A stretch of 64,000 bases of DNA from a bacterium (GTDB lineage Bacteria; Patescibacteriota; CPR2; UBA1875; CAIMLA01), in contig JBAXUE010000002.1 in assembly GCA_037129835.1 (NCBI GenBank), positions 66,334-130,333 on the forward strand. Direction: 5' to 3'. The first letter of the stretch is position 1; each line of letters begins with the position of its first letter. The notes under the pieces were generated by a model. It searched no databases and was not told the origin of the DNA. It saw nothing but the letters and a program-made list of their open reading frames with translations. A program made the position numbers and the translations under genes. Of the stretch, positions 58,376 to 64,000 are shown one piece after another.

Positions 58376-59344
58376 CTATTCTTTAACTATTTTCACAACA
58401 TTAATTTTCGGGGTTACTTTTACCACTACAGGTTGCTTTATTTTTGGTAGGCTCACATCACTTCCCTCTCGCACTTCAGCTGTGGCAAAGATGTTATTAG
58501 ATTCTTTCGGTAATACTCTCTCTCGGATAAACGCCAGTCTTTCTGGGTCTAAAGAGTCAGGATCTACAATTGCTGCTACCATACTGTCACAAAAATCTTC
58601 AGCAGCAGAATGGATTGCATATTCGCTGATACACCTTGATGGATCTTTGGGTTTAAAATACAAAGTAAGGCCACCAGGTGTTGTTATGCCTTCTGGGACG
58701 TGTTCCCAGCCAAAATCTTTCTGCCATTTATCTAGTTGTTTAGAGGCCAAACTGTGAGAAAGCTCATGAATTAATGTCCCTTCAAAGTTTGATGTAGCCG
58801 ATATTCGGTGTTGTTTGTCTTCTAACGCAGGAGGATAAAGCTTAATTGCACCTTCGCCTGTTTCTGCGTAACCATTTAGTGGCTCATTAGTGTATTTATT
58901 AATCTCGTTTTTGTCATCAATTAGAATATATTTAACGGTATTAAGAGCTTCGCCACCTAAGATATTAGAGAATTTCTCTAATATGGATTTTAGCTGAAAT
59001 ATTCTCTTGTCTTCTATTTTTTGACTAAAACTGTATAATTCAAGGCTGTACTCACCTACTTTAATCGATACTTGTTGTTCTGGTATGCCTTTTTCTCTCC
59101 ACTTATCCTGTAACCACCAATTATTACTAATAATTTCTTCTTTTGCTTTTTCTTCAATATTTTCTTGAGAAACTGTAATATCTGCCACTCGATCACTACC
59201 ATCTTCTAGAAATTCAAATTTAATGTCGTTTATTTTTTCATACTCTCGATCTTTCGGTAATTGGAATTCAGAAGCCTTGATATTAGAAATAATTTTGTGA
59301 CTTTCTTTTTTCATTTCTTGAAAATCTACTAGTTGTTTTTCCAT
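58376..59344 (-). CDS. Hypothetical protein with HExxH motif (LIHELSHSL)
   Basis: ORF; possible zincin-like. Confidence 0.35.
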   Translation of the reverse strand: MEKQLVDFQEMKKESHKIISNIKASEFQLPKDREYEKINDIKFEFLEDGSDRVADITVSQENIEEKAKEEIISNNWWLQDKWREKGIPEQQVSIKVGEYSLELYSFSQKIEDKRIFQLKSILEKFSNILGGEALNTVKYILIDDKNEINKYTNEPLNGYAETGEGAIKLYPPALEDKQHRISATSNFEGTLIHELSHSLASKQLDKWQKDFGWEHVPEGITTPGGLTLYFKPKDPSRCISEYAIHSAAEDFCDSMVAAIVDPDSLDPERLAFIRERVLPKESNNIFATAEVREGSDVSLPKIKQPVVVKVTPKINVVKIVKE

Positions 59345-59383
59345 ATAAACCCTTAATCTTTTACTATTGCTGGATACTGTTAT

Positions 59384-59938
59384 TTAAATACTAATATGCT
59401 CTATGCCTTCTGCGAGGGCTTTTTCTATTTCTGACACTGTTTTTGTGACAACTTCTTGTGCAAGGGCCTCTTCATCTTTAGTAAATTTCTGTAACACAAA
59501 AGCTTCTGTGGGTATATTATCACATTCTTTTGTTTTGATTCCCATTCGAAACCTGGCAAATTCATCAGTGCCGATACACTCTATGATAGATTTAACACCT
59601 TTGTGTCCCGCAGAGCTACCACCTTGTCTGACTCTGACTACACCAAGCTCGAGATCGATATCGTCATAAGCGACCCAGAGATGTTCAGTATTAATATTAA
59701 AATAACTCATTACAGATTGTATAGCTTCTCCAGATAGGTTCATAAAAGTCTGAGGTTTAAGAAGTTTGATCTTTTCGCCACTTACTATTATTTCGCAGAT
59801 CTCAGCCTTGAACTTTTTCTCAAGCTTAAAATCACCGTCATATTTATCTGCTAGGTTATCAACCGTAGCGAAGCCGAAATTATGGCGTGTGCCGATATAT
59901 TCTTTTCCCGGATTACCAAGTCCAACGATTAGTTTCAT
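59384..59938 (-). CDS. pth: Peptidyl-tRNA hydrolase
   Basis: MKLIVGLGNPGKEY...TRHNFGF N-terminal signature. Confidence 0.9.
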   Translation of the reverse strand: MKLIVGLGNPGKEYIGTRHNFGFATVDNLADKYDGDFKLEKKFKAEICEIIVSGEKIKLLKPQTFMNLSGEAIQSVMSYFNINTEHLWVAYDDIDLELGVVRVRQGGSSAGHKGVKSIIECIGTDEFARFRMGIKTKECDNIPTEAFVLQKFTKDEEALAQEVVTKTVSEIEKALAEGIEHISI

Positions 59939-60036
59939 GGTTTATGTACTTTCCCCCGTCATGCTGAATTTATTTCAGTATCCCGAGATCCTGAATCGAG
60001 TTCAGGAAGACGCAAAGAGGTGTGCGACGAGTGTAG

Positions 60037-61437
60037 TTATTTTTTCTTTTTACTTTTCTTATTATACTCAGCATTTTTCTTTTTGAAAACCAGTCTTATG
60101 GCCGTACCTGAGAAATCCCAGTGGTCGCGAATTCGATTTTCGAGATATCTTTTGTAAGAAAAGTGAATATGTTCTGGGTGACTTGAGAAGAAAATAAATG
60201 TCGGTGGATTGATATCGGCTTGAGTGATGTAGTTGATTTTGGGTAATACATTCTTCTTTGCTGGTGGTGATTTTTTCAAGATGTCCGCACCTATAAGTAG
60301 GTTTAGCTCGGATGTTGGGATTCGGCGGGCACGTGCTTCTGTTACTTCGAAGACTACATCGGGGATTTTCTCGATATTTTTACTTGTTTTTGCTGAAACG
60401 AATACAACTGGAGCAAAAGGTAGGAATGAAATCTTGTTATGAAGATAGGCAAGATAGTTTTGCATGTCGGTTTCGTCTTTATCAATTGCGTCCCATTTGT
60501 TAACAACTATTACAACACCTTTTGCTTGATCGGCGGCGAATCCTGCGATGTGTAGGTCTTGTGATGTAAGTCCTTCTGTTGGATCTATAAGTATTAGCAC
60601 GATATCAGCGTCTTCAACGGCACGGAATGAACGAAGGACTGAGTATTTCTCTATTTTACCTTCTTCATATTTGGTTCCTAGATCTCCAACTTTACCTCTT
60701 CTTCGGATTCCAGCAGTATCGATAAAGTTTATTTTTCCTCTTTCGTCTTCGAAACTCGAAATAGTAAAGTCTCTGGTGGTGCCAGCAATATCAGAGATAA
60801 TTGCTAGCTTTTTGCCGATGAGAGCATTGAAAAGGCTTGATTTGCCGACGTTCGGACGACCCGCAATAGCGACGTTTATTCCTTCTTCGTTGTCTATGAC
60901 CACTTTTCTTTGTGGTTCGATATCTTTTAGATTTGTGACAATACCGTCCATAAGATCGCCCATATTGCGGCCTGTGAGCGCAGATATCGGTGTTATTTCA
61001 CTTGCGCCAAGGCGGTGAAGCTCTGATAAATTTGAAAGATATTTTTCACTATCATATTTGTTGGCAGCAACAATAAACGGTTTTTTTGCTTTTTGTACCA
61101 TTCTAATGGCATTGTCATCGTCTTTAGTCGGTCCGACAGAGGCATCAACGATAAATACTATTAGATCTGCTTCATCGAGTGCTACTAATACCTGTTCTTT
61201 GACATCTTCATCGAGAACTGTGTAAGCAGTTCCTTCTGATTCTATTCCTGCGGTATCAACTAATATAAATTCGGTACTATTCCAGGTTGTCCTTGCATAT
61301 AGACGGTCTCTAGTCGTTCCAGCCCAGTCGGCAGTAACTGCTTGTTGTTTTCCTAAGATACGATTAAAAAGAGTCGATTTTCCGACATTCGGTCTGCCCA
61401 CAATGGCAATAACTGGGATATTAGCATTTTCTGACAT
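60037..61437 (-). CDS. der: GTPase Der (EngA), tandem GTP-binding domains + KH-like C-terminus
   Basis: Two G1 motifs (GRPNVGKSTLFN, GRPNVGKSSLFN), two DxxG motifs, C-terminal KH-like domain. Confidence 0.9.
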   Translation of the reverse strand: MSENANIPVIAIVGRPNVGKSTLFNRILGKQQAVTADWAGTTRDRLYARTTWNSTEFILVDTAGIESEGTAYTVLDEDVKEQVLVALDEADLIVFIVDASVGPTKDDDNAIRMVQKAKKPFIVAANKYDSEKYLSNLSELHRLGASEITPISALTGRNMGDLMDGIVTNLKDIEPQRKVVIDNEEGINVAIAGRPNVGKSSLFNALIGKKLAIISDIAGTTRDFTISSFEDERGKINFIDTAGIRRRGKVGDLGTKYEEGKIEKYSVLRSFRAVEDADIVLILIDPTEGLTSQDLHIAGFAADQAKGVVIVVNKWDAIDKDETDMQNYLAYLHNKISFLPFAPVVFVSAKTSKNIEKIPDVVFEVTEARARRIPTSELNLLIGADILKKSPPAKKNVLPKINYITQADINPPTFIFFSSHPEHIHFSYKRYLENRIRDHWDFSGTAIRLVFKKKNAEYNKKSKKKK

Positions 61438-61468
61438 ATTTTCTCTTTGGTTTACTTAACGATGTATT

Positions 61469-62368
61469 TTACCACACAAAGTGGGTAAAAATCCATGAGT
61501 TTATGTTATAAGATTCAGAAAATCTACTCGCTGAGCCGATCACTGCCGTCAGAACCTCGTGGCCATCTTGCTTTTCTAGGGATATTAGGCACTCTCCTGC
61601 CCCAAAAGTATAACCGGTTTTGACACCGAAATATTTCTTTCCATCGAGCAAGATATTTGTATTCGTGAGATAGATCGGTCTTCCGGCCGTGGTGTAGACC
61701 ACCTTTTGTGTTGTCGCCACTGTTTCTGCGAAGAAATTATTTCTGAGTAATATTCGGCTTAGCTCTAACATGTCTTTGGCGCTAGAATAGTTGCCTGCAT
61801 CGTCCCAACCTACAGGATTGGCAAAATGAGTATTTGATAGGTTTAGGCTCTCTGCTGCTAGATTCATTTTTGTCACAAAACCATCAACGCTCCCAGCATC
61901 TAGAGTCGCTAGCGAGGTAGCGGCGTCAGAGCCAGAATTCAACAGCATTCCAGTAAGTAGATCGCGCTTAGATATTTCCTCGCCTTTACTTATGCCCATC
62001 AGGGCGTCGCCAGCTTGAGTGATGTAATCTGGGATTGTAACTTTCTCGTCTAGGTTTGGGCTGTCTTTTAGGACTACATATGCCGTCATTAGCTTCGTTA
62101 GGCTGGCAATCTGAAGCTTTTCGTCTTTGTTGCTCTCGTTTAGAGCTGTGTTGCTGCCAAGATCAATACTATAAACTGATTTCGCCAAATTTTGGTATTC
62201 TGCATCAACGCTAGATAAAGTAGGACCGCTTACAATCTCCGGCAATTTTGTAACTACAGTTTCTTTTTGAGGGGATGGCTTCAAAAAATTATCAAGATAA
62301 GCCCTTGGTCCGTCGAAAATATGCCAACCGGGTGTCAGTAATAGTAGTATTAAGGCTATTTCACGCAT
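61469..62368 (-). CDS. D-alanyl-D-alanine carboxypeptidase (peptidase S11, PBP5-like)
   Basis: SxxK active site (ASLTKLMT), signal/TM N-terminus. Confidence 0.7.
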   Translation of the reverse strand: MREIALILLLLTPGWHIFDGPRAYLDNFLKPSPQKETVVTKLPEIVSGPTLSSVDAEYQNLAKSVYSIDLGSNTALNESNKDEKLQIASLTKLMTAYVVLKDSPNLDEKVTIPDYITQAGDALMGISKGEEISKRDLLTGMLLNSGSDAATSLATLDAGSVDGFVTKMNLAAESLNLSNTHFANPVGWDDAGNYSSAKDMLELSRILLRNNFFAETVATTQKVVYTTAGRPIYLTNTNILLDGKKYFGVKTGYTFGAGECLISLEKQDGHEVLTAVIGSASRFSESYNINSWIFTHFVW

Positions 62369-63059
62369 CTAGAAGGCTCCTGAGCTCTTTTTCTGTTAGA
62401 TTGCGATATTCACCCATCTTCAAATTACCTAGTTCTAGTGGGCCTACTTTGGCCCTGTGAAGCTTGGTAATGTTTTTACCAAAGTGCTCAATAGAACGCC
62501 GAATCAGTCTATTTCGGCCCTCGTGGACTCTAACCAGATATTTACCCTGAGAAAGCACTTCTAGGTGATCTGGTTTAAACTCGCCATCTTCTAGGGCAAT
62601 CCCCTTTTTCATCTTCGCTAATTCTACATCAGAGAGCGGTCTATCTACTGAAAAACTATATTCTTTGAGTTTTTGATGGCTCGGATGTGTAATCTTTTGG
62701 GTTAGGTCTCCGTCATTTGTCATAATAATCAGACCCGAGGTGTTTTTGTCTAGTCTACCAACAGGCCAAACGCTGGGACTTCCTGGGACGAGCTCGGTAA
62801 TAAGAAGATCGGCGTGTCTGTCTGAGACCGTAGAAGTATAGCCAACGGGCTTATTTAGCAGATAATACACCTTATTGCTTATCTGCACTTCTTTACCATC
62901 AAGTAATATCTTATCTACTTCAGACACAGAAAAAGCAGGATCGATAATGTTTGTACCGTTTACTGTAACTCTGCCAGACTGAATAATGTCTTCACTTTTT
63001 CTTCTCGAAGAAACCCCGGTAGATGCTAAATATTTAGCTAGCCTCATCGTTTTTCTCAA
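62361..63059 (-). CDS. rluB: 23S rRNA pseudouridine synthase, RsuA/RluB family (S4 + PseudoU_synth_2)
   Basis: N-terminal S4 domain; catalytic motif GRLDKNTSGLIIMTNDG. Confidence 0.8.
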   Translation of the reverse strand: MRKTMRLAKYLASTGVSSRRKSEDIIQSGRVTVNGTNIIDPAFSVSEVDKILLDGKEVQISNKVYYLLNKPVGYTSTVSDRHADLLITELVPGSPSVWPVGRLDKNTSGLIIMTNDGDLTQKITHPSHQKLKEYSFSVDRPLSDVELAKMKKGIALEDGEFKPDHLEVLSQGKYLVRVHEGRNRLIRRSIEHFGKNITKLHRAKVGPLELGNLKMGEYRNLTEKELRSLLDA

Positions 63060-63585
63060 AAAGATTTAATTCTTCCATCTTGGGTAGTGCATTTTCGTTT
63101 TCTAGACCACAATATTGGATAAATTCCATAGTAGTACCGTAAAGTATCGGTTTACCGACACTTTCTTTGCGGCCTATTTCGGCTATAAGCCCTCGAACCA
63201 TTAGATTTCGAACTATCTGGTCGGAGTTTACTCCTCGGATTTCTTCGATTTCGGCTTTTGTCAGGGGCTGTTTGTAGGTAATTATAGCTAGTGTCTCTAG
63301 AGCTGCTTGTGATAAATCGTGTCTGAGCTCTTCGTTGAGTAGTCTGCTTACTTCCTTTGAATTTTCAGGAGCCGAGATAAGGGCAAAATATTCACCTTTA
63401 TTTATGAGGCTTATTCCCCTATTTTTGTAATCAGCTTCAAGCTCTTTTAGCGATTTCTGTATCTCCGAAACTGGGATGCCGATCGCTTCGGCGATTTCTA
63501 GTAGAGAAAGTGGTTTTTCGGCAACAAAAAGTAAGCTTTCTACGATAGATTTGATATTAATATTTTTTGTTTCTATTCCGCTCAT
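63034..63585 (-). CDS. scpB: Segregation and condensation protein B
   Basis: Tandem wHTH; N-terminus ...IVESLLFVAEKPLSLLEIAEAIG... Confidence 0.8.
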   Translation of the reverse strand: MSGIETKNINIKSIVESLLFVAEKPLSLLEIAEAIGIPVSEIQKSLKELEADYKNRGISLINKGEYFALISAPENSKEVSRLLNEELRHDLSQAALETLAIITYKQPLTKAEIEEIRGVNSDQIVRNLMVRGLIAEIGRKESVGKPILYGTTMEFIQYCGLENENALPKMEELNLFEKNDEAS

Positions 63586-63589
63586 AGCT

Positions 63590-64000
63590 TTATTTTAAAC
63601 CCATTATAAGGATATCCGCAAAGGATTCTTTTTGGATGACCCCTATTTCTTTCTGTTTTATCATTTCTAATATTGCCAAAAAGGTCACAATAACCTCGGT
63701 TTTATTCTTTGCACCAGCTAATATTTCTTTGAATCTAATAGTTTTTTTCTTTTTAGTTAGGGAATAAATAATCTTTTTTTTGTCTTCTATGGTAATTTTT
63801 TGCTCAGGTGAATCTGTAATAACTCTTTCCTCTATTTGCTCTGGTAATTTGTTTAGAGTTTCTTGGAAAATCGCGAAAAGCATTTGATGATTAATGTCCT
63901 GTGGAGGTAAAAAGATTATTTCTGACTCTGATTTTGCGCGTCTGGAATAGCCTCTTTGGCCGTCTATAAGGATAGATTCTAAATTTGCTGCCGCTTTTTT
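63590..64000 (-). CDS. scpA: Segregation and condensation protein A (3' portion; N-terminus beyond window end)
   Basis: C-terminal ScpA region upstream of scpB; frame stays open to the window edge. Confidence 0.65.
   Translation of the reverse strand, partial: KKAAANLESILIDGQRGYSRRAKSESEIIFLPPQDINHQMLFAIFQETLNKLPEQIEERVITDSPEQKITIEDKKKIIYSLTKKKKTIRFKEILAGAKNKTEVIVTFLAILEMIKQKEIGVIQKESFADILIMGLK

Noticed and set aside
1-64000. CRISPR arrays, rRNA and tRNA genes
   Set aside because: No regularly spaced direct repeats were seen. No tRNA T-loop/acceptor patterns or rRNA-like conserved blocks were seen on either strand.

Overview
Low-GC (about 35-38%), gene-dense bacterial chromosome segment, almost entirely minus-strand coding. 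The style is that of a small-genome CPR/Patescibacteria-like organism: many hypothetical proteins, DUF2207, DUF3467, giant ORFs. This taxonomic call is inference. The left edge carries the end of the dcw cluster (ftsW, murG, ftsQ-like). It stops in a 610-bp convergent intergenic region with a dif-like XerCD site and a perfect 16-bp palindrome. Housekeeping genes recognised from motifs are rarA, an ABC-F ATPase, a PIF1-like helicase, a P-type cation ATPase, metK, topA, dprA, pth, der, a PBP5-type carboxypeptidase, rluB, scpB/scpA, a MacB/FtsX-type ABC pair and an M23 peptidase. Accessory content stands out. (i) A tightly packed minus-strand operon at 26.9-33.9 kb encodes a Z1-domain SF2 ATPase, an orphan 155-aa protein, an M.EcoRI-family N6-adenine methyltransferase and two diverged DUF262(ParB-like)+HNH nucleases, with DUF3800 upstream and an embedded GC-rich promoter-bearing noncoding block. 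This looks like an undescribed composite restriction/defence locus. (ii) A T4SS-type (TraD/VirD4/VirB4-like) membrane ATPase is translationally coupled to a sigma-region-4 + HARE-HTH DNA-binding protein. (iii) A PIF1 helicase / P-loop kinase / DUF2779 nuclease / DUF3467 block. (iv) A family of GC-rich hairpin repeats (GTCATCC...GGATC) has two inverted copies bracketing a 3.7-kb P-type-ATPase/STAS cassette. (v) Two GC-rich islands (46.05-47.6 kb and 49.8-51.2 kb) flank the ABC operon and have poor or frameshifted coding. (vi) A candidate about 250-nt sRNA has a consensus sigma70 promoter and a strong terminator. No rRNA, tRNA or CRISPR array was recognised.
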